From NCBI RefSeq assembly GCF_036675685.1, contig NZ_JAKFEM010000042.1, positions 55,880 to 119,879 on the forward strand: 64,000 nt of DNA, in the 5' to 3' direction. Both the position numbers and the translations under genes were made by a program. This DNA comes from Sphingopyxis sp. GTDB lineage: Bacteria > Pseudomonadota > Alphaproteobacteria > Sphingomonadales > Sphingomonadaceae. Positions 1 to 8,887 of the stretch are shown here, piece by piece. How positions within the stretch are numbered: position 1 is the first letter of the stretch; every line of letters begins with the position of its first letter. The notes beneath the pieces are model-generated. The model had not been told where the DNA came from, did not search any database, and saw nothing but the letters and a program-made list of their open reading frames with translations.

Positions 1-709
1 TGCCGATCCCCGCGCCGACCAGCGCCGCCGCGACATAATAGGTGCGCGCCGAAACCACCTCGTCCAGCACGACCTCCAGGCGATTGAGCTCGCTTGACAG
101 CATCCGTCCGATCGGGCCGCCCTGGACCGGGCTGATGAACTTGTGCCCGCATAGCTCGTCGAGGCGCAGGCGCGGCGGCGCGCCGGGCATATCCTCTTCG
201 CGATAGATGACCACCAACTCGCCCTCGCCGATCACCTGGTGGGCGACAGGGGCCGACAGCGGAACTTCGAAACTGATCGCGATGTCGGTTTCCTGCTCGT
301 AGAGTTTGCGCACCATTTCATCATGATGCAGCGTCTGGAGATCGAACATGATGTCCGCATGGTCGCCCAGAAACCGGGCCACGGCCTCGGGGATCGCGCC
401 CAGGCCCAGCGAGGGAAGCGCGGAAATGCGGAGCAGACCGCCGCGCCCGTGACGCATATTCTGGCAGGCCTGGCGCAGCGACCGCACCCGGTCCTGAATG
501 TCGGACACTTCGGCGAACAGCGTGTGCGCGTCCTGCGTCGGGATCAGCCGCCCCTTCGACCGTTCGAACAATGTCAGGCCGATCGAGCGTTCGGCATGGC
601 GCAGCACCTTGGTCACCGACGGCTGCGACACGTTGAGCGACCGCGCGGCGGCGCTGACCGTGCCATGCAGGAAGACCGCGTGGAATATCTCGATCTGGCG
701 CAGGTTCAT
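1..709 (-). CDS. LysR-family transcriptional regulator (C-terminal end runs off the window)
   Basis: My own translation of the minus strand from ATG 709-707 gives MNLRQIEIFHAVFLHGTVSAAARSLNVSQPSVTKVLRHAERSIGLTLFERSKGRL... This is a canonical LysR wHTH followed by a co-inducer domain. It is absent from the ORF track because it is open at the window edge. It is divergent from the D-aminoacylase gene. Confidence 0.85.
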   Translation of the reverse strand, partial: MNLRQIEIFHAVFLHGTVSAAARSLNVSQPSVTKVLRHAERSIGLTLFERSKGRLIPTQDAHTLFAEVSDIQDRVRSLRQACQNMRHGRGGLLRISALPSLGLGAIPEAVARFLGDHADIMFDLQTLHHDEMVRKLYEQETDIAISFEVPLSAPVAHQVIGEGELVVIYREEDMPGAPPRLRLDELCGHKFISPVQGGPIGRMLSSELNRLEVVLDEVVSARTYYVAAALVGAGIG

Positions 710-935
710 CCGTTGCGATCCCAAAGCTGCGGTCAGGGGGAGTATATTCACCCCTTGTTTTGGCCGCATATTTGCTGCGGCTTTGACCTCTATGCCATCG
801 GGTTATAGGGGGTGCAACAACACTCTCTGGACGCGGAGCGCGTATTCGGGACATCCTGATCCCCGGAAAAAACTGACCGGCGGCATGCGTCGAATGCCGT
901 TCGCCATCACGCCCTCCCACGGAAGGATAACGCCG

Positions 936-2585
936 ATGTCGCCGCCTGCCTCGCTTTCGGTTCGCCGGACGATCGGTTCGCTTTCGGCGGCTGCGGCGCT
1001 GATCTGTGTGGCGGGAGCGGCGGCGCAGCCGGACGAGGCGGTCGATGTGATCATCCGGGGCGGGACGATCTATGACGGCGGCGAGGGCAAGCCCTTTGTC
1101 GGCGATGTCGCGATCCGCGGCGACCGGATCGTCCATGTCGGCCGCCCGGGCCGCTATTCGGCGGCCAGGGTCATCGACGCGAAGGGGATGATCGTCGCGC
1201 CCGGCTTCATCGATCCGCACACCCATGCCGACAGCTTCATTCGCTCGCCCGACAAGGCGGTGCGCGTCAACGCGGCCTGGCTGGATCAGGGGGTCAGCAC
1301 CGTGATGATCGGGGTCGACGGTTCGGGCACGCCCGATGTCGCGGCGGATGCCGGCAAGCTGGCGGGGTCGGGGATCGGCACCAATATCGTATCGTTCGTC
1401 GGGTTCGGACCGGTTCGCCGGCGGGTGCTCGGTCAGGATGCCCGGGCGCCGGACGCGGCGGAACTGGGCCGGATGAAGGCACTGGTCGCCAAGGGCATGT
1501 GCGAAGGCGCGGTGGGCCTTTCGACCGGACTTTTCTATGCGCCGCAAAGCTTTGCCACCACCGGAGAGGTCGTGGCCGTGGCGCGCGAGGCGGCGATTCG
1601 CGGCGGCATCTACGACACCCACCAGCGCGACGAATCGAGCTACAGCATCGGCCTGCTCGGATCGGTGCAGGAAGCCATCGACATCGGCCGGCAGGCGGGA
1701 ATGCCGGTCCATTTCGCCCATCTGAAAGCACTCGGCGTCGATGTCCATGGACAGGCCGGCGCGGTGATCGCGGCGATCGATGCGGCGCGCAAGGCGGGTG
1801 TGGATGTGACCGCCGACCAATATCCCTGGCTGGCGTCGGGATCGAGCCTCGATGCGTCGCTGTTGCCGCGCTGGGCGGTCGATGGCGGCGGCGCGGCGTT
1901 GCTGAAGCGGCTCGACGATCCCGCCACGCTGGCGCGGATCCGCGAAGAGATGCAGGACAATCTTCGCCGCCGCGGCGGGGCAGGTGCGCTGCTCCTGATC
2001 GCGCAAGGTTTTCCCTGGGCCGGAAAGACGCTCGCAGAGGTCGCGGGCGAGTGGAAGATGGACAGCCGCGATGCGGCGCTGCGGATCATCCGGTGGAGCA
2101 TCGAGGCGAAAGATCCGGAACGCGGCGGCGGCACCGCGGTCGCGTCGTTCAACATGGCGCAGGCGGACGTCGACCTGCTGATGAAACAGCCGTGGATGGT
2201 GACATCGTCCGACGGATCGGACGGCCACCCCCGCATGTTCGCGACCTTCCCCGAAAAATATGTGCGCTATGTCCGCGAGCGGAAGGTCATCGGCCTGCCG
2301 ACCTTCATCCGCCAATCGACGGGGCGCACCGCCGACATCTACAAGCTCGACCGGCGCGGCTATCTGCGTCCGGGCTATTTCGCCGACGTGGTCGTGCTTG
2401 ACCCCGTCCAATATGCGCCGCGCGCCGACTATGTGCGCCCGCGCGAACTGAGCGTCGGCGTCCGGAAACTGTTCGTCAACGGCGCATTGGCTGTCGATGA
2501 CGGCCGAACAACGGGCGTAACCGCCGGTCGCGCCCTGCTGCGGCCTCCTCCGCCTGGCTGCACCGAGCAGCTTTCCGGGCCCTAG
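936..2585 (+). CDS. N-acyl-D-amino-acid deacylase (D-aminoacylase) family amidohydrolase, secreted
   Basis: Uses the frame of track ORF 498..2585. The 5' part of that ORF overlaps the LysR gene, so I moved the start to ATG 936, preceded by GGAAGGA (921-927). The protein has a signal-peptide-like N-terminus, then DVIIRGGTIYDG..GDVAIRGDRI..APGFIDPHTHAD, typical of D-aminoacylases. ATG 885 is an alternative start. Confidence 0.85.
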   Translation: MSPPASLSVRRTIGSLSAAAALICVAGAAAQPDEAVDVIIRGGTIYDGGEGKPFVGDVAIRGDRIVHVGRPGRYSAARVIDAKGMIVAPGFIDPHTHADSFIRSPDKAVRVNAAWLDQGVSTVMIGVDGSGTPDVAADAGKLAGSGIGTNIVSFVGFGPVRRRVLGQDARAPDAAELGRMKALVAKGMCEGAVGLSTGLFYAPQSFATTGEVVAVAREAAIRGGIYDTHQRDESSYSIGLLGSVQEAIDIGRQAGMPVHFAHLKALGVDVHGQAGAVIAAIDAARKAGVDVTADQYPWLASGSSLDASLLPRWAVDGGGAALLKRLDDPATLARIREEMQDNLRRRGGAGALLLIAQGFPWAGKTLAEVAGEWKMDSRDAALRIIRWSIEAKDPERGGGTAVASFNMAQADVDLLMKQPWMVTSSDGSDGHPRMFATFPEKYVRYVRERKVIGLPTFIRQSTGRTADIYKLDRRGYLRPGYFADVVVLDPVQYAPRADYVRPRELSVGVRKLFVNGALAVDDGRTTGVTAGRALLRPPPPGCTEQLSGP

Positions 2586-2733
2586 AAAGCTGCTTCGCTC
2601 ATCATTGACACGAGGCCTCCACTCCGCTTTATCAAAAATCGAATTATTAAAGCGCTCATATTTATGAGATTCTGTCCGTTCGGCGTCTTGCGCCGGTACC
2701 GGGCATTCGGAGAGGCCGGAGAATAGTCCAGCG

Positions 2734-3975
2734 ATGACCCCCCATCTTCCAGGTCTTGATCGGCGGCAAACGACAAAGAGCGGGGCCGAGGCGCGCGATG
2801 CGCGGTTGACCCTCAGTCTGTCGGGCACGAATCTCGAGCGTGCGGGCGACTATAACCAGCGGATCGTGCTCCAGGCCATTCGCCTGACCGACGAGACGAC
2901 GCGGAGCGAACTGGCGCGCGTGACCGGGCTCACGCCGCCAACCATCGTCAACATCACGAAACGGCTGATCGATCTGGGCCTCGTCAAGCCGGCGGGGCGG
3001 CTGCAGGGGAAGCGTGGCCAGCCAGCGATGCGGATCGTCATCAATCCCGACGGTGCCTTTGCGATCGGGCTCAACATCGACCGCGATCACATCACGCTGG
3101 TCACGCTCGACCTCGCCGGCACGATACGCAGCCGCCACACACGCGAAATTGCCTTCGCGCTTCCCGAAATGGTCGTCGATCATGTCCGCGAGGCGCTGCC
3201 CAAACTACTCGAAGAAGGCGGGGTTGATCGGGGGCGCATCCTTGGCGTCGGGGTGGCCCTCCCCGACGATCTCGGGCGTATCTCGTTGCCGCATCGGCCC
3301 AAAGAGTATGACGCGTGGGACGACATCGACGTTGGCGAGCTGCTGCGCGATGTGCTCCCTTGGCCACTGCATGCCGATAATGACGCCGCATCGGCGGCGC
3401 TCGGCGAAGTGCATCTTGGCAACGGCATCGCGCATCCAAGCTTCTTTTACCTGCTGATCAGTGCGGGACTGGGCGGTGGCCTGGTTATCGATCGAAGCTA
3501 TGTTCGGGGCGCGAATTCGCGATCGGGAGAGATTTGGGCGATGCCCGATCCCGAGCGAGGGGAAGGCGCGATCGTGCAGGATACGGTTTCGCTGTCGGCG
3601 CTGTACGCCCGGCTGGAGGCGGAAGGGCACAATGTGGACCGGCCCGAGGCGCTGATCGATGGCTCGGCCGATCAGGACGCCATTATCCTCAAATGGCTCG
3701 ACGATGCAGCGGACGCGCTCGTTCAGCCCCTGATTGCGGTCAATTGCCTGATCAATCCTGCCGCCATCCTCATCGGTGGACGGCTTCCGGGAAAATTGGC
3801 GGATGCGCTCGTCGAGCGGCTCAATGCCCGGATGGCCGGGCGCAAGCTTCCCACGGTTGCGCCGGTGCGAAGGGCGGGGGCGGCCGATGATGCGTCGGCG
3901 ATCGGTGCCGCCATCATCCCTTTCCTCGACAATGTCCTGCCGTCGGAATCGATCCTGATGCAGGCGGGGCGCTGA
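2734..3975 (+). CDS. ROK-family transcriptional regulator (NagC/Mlc/XylR-like)
   Basis: 413 aa. It has an N-terminal wHTH (NQRIVLQAIRLTDETTRSELARVTGLTPPTIVNITKRLIDLGLV) fused to a ROK sugar-kinase-like domain. It sits at the head of the glycoside hydrolase locus. Confidence 0.85.
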   Translation: MTPHLPGLDRRQTTKSGAEARDARLTLSLSGTNLERAGDYNQRIVLQAIRLTDETTRSELARVTGLTPPTIVNITKRLIDLGLVKPAGRLQGKRGQPAMRIVINPDGAFAIGLNIDRDHITLVTLDLAGTIRSRHTREIAFALPEMVVDHVREALPKLLEEGGVDRGRILGVGVALPDDLGRISLPHRPKEYDAWDDIDVGELLRDVLPWPLHADNDAASAALGEVHLGNGIAHPSFFYLLISAGLGGGLVIDRSYVRGANSRSGEIWAMPDPERGEGAIVQDTVSLSALYARLEAEGHNVDRPEALIDGSADQDAIILKWLDDAADALVQPLIAVNCLINPAAILIGGRLPGKLADALVERLNARMAGRKLPTVAPVRRAGAADDASAIGAAIIPFLDNVLPSESILMQAGR

Positions 3976-3998
3976 CGCGCCCGACTCTACTCGGAGCC

Positions 3999-5369
3999 CT
4001 ACTCGATCCGCTGCGCCATCTCGTCGAGATCGACGCCCCGGGTTTCGGGGAAGATGGCCGCGACGACGATGAACTGAACGACCATCGCGGCGGCGAAGAT
4101 TGCGAACGGCGCTCCCGGCGACCAGGCTATCAATATGGGAAAGAGGCCGGCGATCAGTGCGTTCATCAGCCAATGCGTGCTGGCGCCGAGCGCGCTTCCC
4201 CGCGCGCGTACCGGCGTGGGGAAGATTTCCGAGATATAGACCCAGATGACCGCGCCCTGGCTGGTCGCGAAGAAGGCGATGAAGCCGATCAGCGCCGGCA
4301 GCATCAGGCCGGTGCCGAGCGTGCCGAACAGAACCCCGGCCGCGACGGCGAGGCACAGGGCCATGCCGGCGGCGCCGATCAACAGCAACGTCTTGCGTCC
4401 CAGCCGGTCGATCAGCGCCATGCCGACCAGCGTGAAGATCAGGTTGGCGATCCCGATCAGCACGGCCTGGCGGTCGGGCGACAGCGACCCGGCGCGGACG
4501 AAGATGTCGTTCAGATAATAGAGCACCGCGTTGATCCCGGCGAGCTGGTTGAACATCGCGACAAGGACCGCGAGCATCATCGGCCGGCGATGGCGGCGCC
4601 ACGAGAGTTTCTCGCCGGGTGGGTCGCGCTCGAGTGCTTGCTCGACGCGGCGGAGTTCGGCTTCGGCCGCATCGGGGGACGTGCCGATCCGCGCCAGTGC
4701 CACGCGCGCTTCGTCGCGGCGTCCCTTCGCGACGAGCCAGCGCGGGCTGTTGGGAATCGCGAACAGCAGCACGAAGAACAGCAGGGCAGGGGCGGCGGTG
4801 ACCCCCAGCTTCCACCGCCAGGCCGCGTCTCCGCCGACCAGCCCCGCGATCGTCGCATTGCTGAGATAGGCGACCAGAATGCCGGTCACGATCATCAGCT
4901 GGAACAGGCCGACCAGCAATCCGCGATGTCGCGGCGGCGCGATTTCGGCGATATAGATGGGCGCGAGGACCGAAGAGCCGCCGATCGCAAGCCCGCACAG
5001 GAAGCGGAAGATGAGGAACATCGGCCAGCTCGATGCAAGCGCGCAGCCAATTCCCGCGATGAAATAGAAGGCAGCGAGCACGCGCAAACTGTCGCGACTG
5101 CCGAACGCGTCACCGGGCTTGCCGGCGAACAGCGCGCCGACGAGGGTTCCCCATAACGCCGCCGAAACGGTAATCCCGAGCGTTTCGGGGGTGAGGGCGA
5201 ACAGATTGGTCAGGTCGCCTGTGACGCCGGCGATCACCGCGGTATCGAACCCGAAGAGGAGGCCGGCCAATGCCGCTGTCCCGATCGCGGCGGCCAAGGT
5301 GCGGCTACCGCCGACGCGCTGCGGTGCGTCGGGACCGGAAAACGCGTCGCGGTCGTGCTTGCCTGTCAT
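3999..5369 (-). CDS. MFS sugar porter (XylE/GalP/AraE family)
   Basis: Uses the frame of ORF 3999..5564, with the start set at ATG 5369 behind GGAGAGAG. Sugar-porter signatures are present: GLLFGFDTAVIAG, IPNSPRWLVAKGR and a C-terminal FPETRG. The protein has about 12 hydrophobic segments. Confidence 0.85.
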   Translation of the reverse strand: MTGKHDRDAFSGPDAPQRVGGSRTLAAAIGTAALAGLLFGFDTAVIAGVTGDLTNLFALTPETLGITVSAALWGTLVGALFAGKPGDAFGSRDSLRVLAAFYFIAGIGCALASSWPMFLIFRFLCGLAIGGSSVLAPIYIAEIAPPRHRGLLVGLFQLMIVTGILVAYLSNATIAGLVGGDAAWRWKLGVTAAPALLFFVLLFAIPNSPRWLVAKGRRDEARVALARIGTSPDAAEAELRRVEQALERDPPGEKLSWRRHRRPMMLAVLVAMFNQLAGINAVLYYLNDIFVRAGSLSPDRQAVLIGIANLIFTLVGMALIDRLGRKTLLLIGAAGMALCLAVAAGVLFGTLGTGLMLPALIGFIAFFATSQGAVIWVYISEIFPTPVRARGSALGASTHWLMNALIAGLFPILIAWSPGAPFAIFAAAMVVQFIVVAAIFPETRGVDLDEMAQRIE

Positions 5370-5551
5370 CCACTCTCTCCAACGGATCGAGCGCCGGCGC
5401 CCGTCCTGATTGTCGATCAACATGCCACAAAGCCGATTCCGATCAAATAAATTAATTTTCATTATTATCTTGACGAGGAGCGCCCGGCCAGGGCAGTTTT
5501 CTAAAAACCAGATCCGAACCGGAAGGGCGGGCGGGAAACAGGGAGAGGCTC

Positions 5552-6382
5552 GTGCCGGCGACATTGCTTGCGACCCACCGCGTGGAAAAGCCCTGGGGGC
5601 GCCACCGACTATGGGGTCCGTTTCGCGATCCGCCCGCGGGCGGCGAGCCGGTCGGCGAGGTCTGGTTTCAGGCGCCCGGCGACAGTCAGCCCGACCTCCT
5701 GATCAAATATCTCTTCACCAGCGAGAAGCTGTCGGTGCAGGTGCACCCCGACGACGAGCAGGCGCATGCCCGTGGATTGCCGCGCGGCAAGGACGAATGC
5801 TGGCTGATCCTCGATGCCGCGCCCGATGCCACCATCGCGCTGGGGACGAAGGAACCGGTCGACAAGGTCGCGCTGCGCCAGGCGGCACTCGACGGCAGCA
5901 TCGAGCAATTGCTCGACTGGAAGCCGGTCAAGGCGGGTGACTTTTTCTATGTCCCGTCGGGCACGGTGCATGCGATCGGCGCAGGGCTGACGCTGATCGA
6001 GGTGCAGCAGAATAGCGAAACGACCTATCGTCTCTATGATTATGGCCGGCCGCGCGAGCTGTATCTGGACGACGGCGTCGCGGTCGCCGACGCCTCTCCC
6101 TATGTGCCCTATGCTTCGCCCGGCCGCGTTGCCGACGACCGCACGATCTTGGTCGAGGGGCCGAAATTCATACTCGAGCGGCTTGGTGGTGGCGCGCGTA
6201 CGCTGTCGCTGCCCGAGGACACGACCGCTTGGCTGATCCCGGTAAGCGGAGGCGGTGTGATCGACAATATTCCCTTTCGCGCCGGCGAATGCCTGACGCT
6301 CGCTGGCACGACGCGCATCGATGCCAACGCCACCGCCGACCTGTTGCTGGCCTATCCGGGCGACCGGCGCCTGCACGGCTGA
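5552..6382 (+). CDS. manA: Type I phosphomannose isomerase (mannose-6-phosphate isomerase, cupin)
   Basis: GTG 5552 follows GGGAGAGG. Motifs seen: EKPWG, KLSVQVHPDD, DECWLIL, VPSGTVHAIG and YRLYDYGRPR. Confidence 0.8.
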   Translation: MPATLLATHRVEKPWGRHRLWGPFRDPPAGGEPVGEVWFQAPGDSQPDLLIKYLFTSEKLSVQVHPDDEQAHARGLPRGKDECWLILDAAPDATIALGTKEPVDKVALRQAALDGSIEQLLDWKPVKAGDFFYVPSGTVHAIGAGLTLIEVQQNSETTYRLYDYGRPRELYLDDGVAVADASPYVPYASPGRVADDRTILVEGPKFILERLGGGARTLSLPEDTTAWLIPVSGGGVIDNIPFRAGECLTLAGTTRIDANATADLLLAYPGDRRLHG

Positions 6383-6414
6383 CGCACAAGATGATGATCG
6401 GGAGGAGGATCCAG

Positions 6415-8784
6415 ATGAGAGATGAGACCGTCCGATGGCAGGGCAAGCGCAGATCGCGAAAGATGGCGATCATCGCATCGTCCTTGGCGATGCTGCCGCT
6501 CATACTGGCCTTCCCAACCGCGACGGCGCAGCAGGCACAATCGCCCGTCGATCTCGCCGATCCGCTGGTCGGGACCGCGCCGCTCGACGATCCGAAACTG
6601 ATCGGCAATGCGCCGCCGCCGGGGGAGCCGGTCTATTCGGGGCAGACCTCGCCGGGCGCGCGCCTTCCGCACGGATCGGTCGAGGCGGCGCCGGTGAACA
6701 ATAATATCGAGCTTCTCTATCCGAACGGCGTCCCCGTTCCCTATTATTACACCAACCCGACGATGATCGGCTTCACCGGCGGCGGCGGCTCGACCTATGG
6801 CGGCGGCGCCGAGCCTTTCATCATGCCGGTGGTCGGCGACTGGTCGCCGCCGCCCGCCTACAGCCAGTCATACTATGACAAGTCGCGCGAGAAGGCGTCG
6901 CCGGGCTATTATTCGGTCTATCTCGACAGCTTCCGCACGCAGGCCGAACTCACCGCGACGCGCTGGGCGAGCGTGATGCGCTTCACCTTTCCTGCGAGCG
7001 AGCGGTCGAACATCATCGTCAACCTGCCGCGCCACGGCGGCTCGGTCGAGGTCGTCGGCGACCGCATCATACGCGGCATATCGAACGACAAGGACAGCGC
7101 CGACGGCGGCTATTTCGTCGCCGAATTTTCGAAGCCCTTCGCCGCGCTCGGCACCTTCCGCAAGGCGCCCGGCGACAATGCGGGCTGGGGCATCGGCACC
7201 AGCGACGTGAAACCCGGCGGGCGCGAGATGTCGGGCAGCTATGCCGGCAGCTATGTGACCTTCAAGACGAAAGCCGGCGAGCAGGTGCTGGTGAAGATGG
7301 CGCATGGCACCAGCTATGAGCAGGCCGCACAGCGGCTCGCCGCCGAAGTGCCGGGATGGGATTTCGAAGGCGTCCATGCGGCGGCGCGCGATACTTGGGC
7401 GCAGCTCCTGAACCGCGTCCGCGTGACCGGCGGCACCGATAAGCAGCGCAAGCTCTTCTACTCGACGCTGTTCCAGTCCTTCGCTTCGCCGCGCCTGATC
7501 GCGCAGAAGGGCGAGAAATTCGCCGACACCAATGGCAAGGTCCAGACGGCGACGCACGACCGTTACGGTCCGGTTCCCTTCTGGGATACGGGGCGCAACC
7601 AGATCGTGCTGCTCGAACTGATGGAGCCCGATGCGGTCCAGAACATCATGGCGTCCGAACTCGCGATGGCGCGCGAGAAGGGCTATATGAACACCTCCTT
7701 CCACGGCGACAACGCGGTGTTCCTGTTCCTCGGCGCGTGGGAGCGCGGTATCGAATTCGATTATGAAGCCGCCTATGAATATCTGCGCAAGAACGCGACC
7801 GACCCGAAGGGGCCGCGCGGCTATCTCGCCGAATATATGAAGCAGGGCTGGATATCGGACATCGTGCCCGACCATAATCCCAGCCCGCCCTATGCCGGCG
7901 GCAAGGCGGGGGCGGACAAGACGCTCGAATATGCGTGGGACGATTATGCGCTCGCGCTCTACGCGAAAAAGCTCGGCAAGGATGCCGACCACAAGATGTT
8001 CCTGAAGCGCGCGGGCAATTATGCCAACGTCTTCGACAAATCGATCGGCTTCATCCGCGGGCGCACCGCCGACGGCAAGTGGATCGCGCCCTTCGACCCG
8101 CAGGAACCCTATTATAATTTCATGATGAAGGAGGCGTCGGGCTGGTCGACCTTGTGGCTCGTGCCGCACGACGTGCAGGGGCTGATCGGCCTCATCGGGG
8201 GGCGCGATGCGTTCAATGCCAAGCTCGACGAGTTTTTCACCAAGCCGTATAACCCCACCGGCATCTGCCGCGATTGCACCGGCGTGATCGGGCAATATGT
8301 CCACGGCAACCAGCCCGACCAGCAGGCGCCCTATTATTACAACTGGAGCGGCCAGCCTTGGAAGACACAGGCGCTGGTGCGCCAGATCCTGGGCACAACC
8401 TATGGCAGCGATGCGTCGGGTTACGGCTATCCGGGGATGGACGATCAGGGCGCGACCTCTTCGTGGTACGCGCTCTCGGCGCTCGGCTTCTACCCGGTCG
8501 ATCCGTCGAGCCAGGACTATATCATTGGCAGCCCGGTGTTCGACGACGCCAGCCTCGACATGGGCAATGGCAAGACGCTGCGGATCGTCGCGAATAATAA
8601 TTCGGCGACCAATGTCTACATCCAGTCGGCGACCCTGAACGGCAAGCCGTGGAACAAGCCATGGTTCCGTCACGACGATGTCAAGGACGGCGCGACCTTC
8701 GTCTTCACCATGGGGCCGAAGCCTAACAAGGCGTGGGGCGCCGCGCCCGACGCCGCGCCGCCGTCGATGTCGCGAAAGCGCTAA
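6415..8784 (+). CDS. GH92-family alpha-mannosidase, secreted (paralog 1)
   Basis: ATG 6415 follows GGAGGAGGA; ATG 6463 is an alternative start. The hydrophobic stretch ends ...AFPTATAQQ. GH92-type motifs are present: VDLADPLVGT, GQYVHGNQPDQQAPYYYNW and PGMDDQGATSSWYALSALGFYPVDP. Confidence 0.85.
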   Translation: MRDETVRWQGKRRSRKMAIIASSLAMLPLILAFPTATAQQAQSPVDLADPLVGTAPLDDPKLIGNAPPPGEPVYSGQTSPGARLPHGSVEAAPVNNNIELLYPNGVPVPYYYTNPTMIGFTGGGGSTYGGGAEPFIMPVVGDWSPPPAYSQSYYDKSREKASPGYYSVYLDSFRTQAELTATRWASVMRFTFPASERSNIIVNLPRHGGSVEVVGDRIIRGISNDKDSADGGYFVAEFSKPFAALGTFRKAPGDNAGWGIGTSDVKPGGREMSGSYAGSYVTFKTKAGEQVLVKMAHGTSYEQAAQRLAAEVPGWDFEGVHAAARDTWAQLLNRVRVTGGTDKQRKLFYSTLFQSFASPRLIAQKGEKFADTNGKVQTATHDRYGPVPFWDTGRNQIVLLELMEPDAVQNIMASELAMAREKGYMNTSFHGDNAVFLFLGAWERGIEFDYEAAYEYLRKNATDPKGPRGYLAEYMKQGWISDIVPDHNPSPPYAGGKAGADKTLEYAWDDYALALYAKKLGKDADHKMFLKRAGNYANVFDKSIGFIRGRTADGKWIAPFDPQEPYYNFMMKEASGWSTLWLVPHDVQGLIGLIGGRDAFNAKLDEFFTKPYNPTGICRDCTGVIGQYVHGNQPDQQAPYYYNWSGQPWKTQALVRQILGTTYGSDASGYGYPGMDDQGATSSWYALSALGFYPVDPSSQDYIIGSPVFDDASLDMGNGKTLRIVANNNSATNVYIQSATLNGKPWNKPWFRHDDVKDGATFVFTMGPKPNKAWGAAPDAAPPSMSRKR

Positions 8785-8819
8785 CCAGCCCATCGCCCCC
8801 GCAGCCCCCGCGGGGGCGC

Positions 8820-8861
8820 GAGCCCAGGACCCGCCTCATCCCCCTTAAGGGTCCTGGGCTC
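8820..8861. other. Perfect 13-bp stem hairpin (GAGCCCAGGACCC / GGGTCCTGGGCTC, 16-nt loop) between GH92-1 and GH2
   Basis: Read directly from the sequence. It is preceded by the GC palindrome GCCCCCGCGGGGGC (8804-8817). There is no U-tract, so this is not a canonical intrinsic terminator. Confidence 0.6.
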
Positions 8862-8887
8862 TCCCCAATTCCAACAGGATCGTTTCC

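Noticed and set aside
321-2828. An 835-aa minus-strand ORF, the longest in this part of the track.
   Set aside because: It is antisense to the LysR and D-aminoacylase genes. Its translation is an Arg/Ala/Pro/Gly-rich low-complexity string with no recognisable domain. This is a typical shadow ORF of a GC-rich genome.
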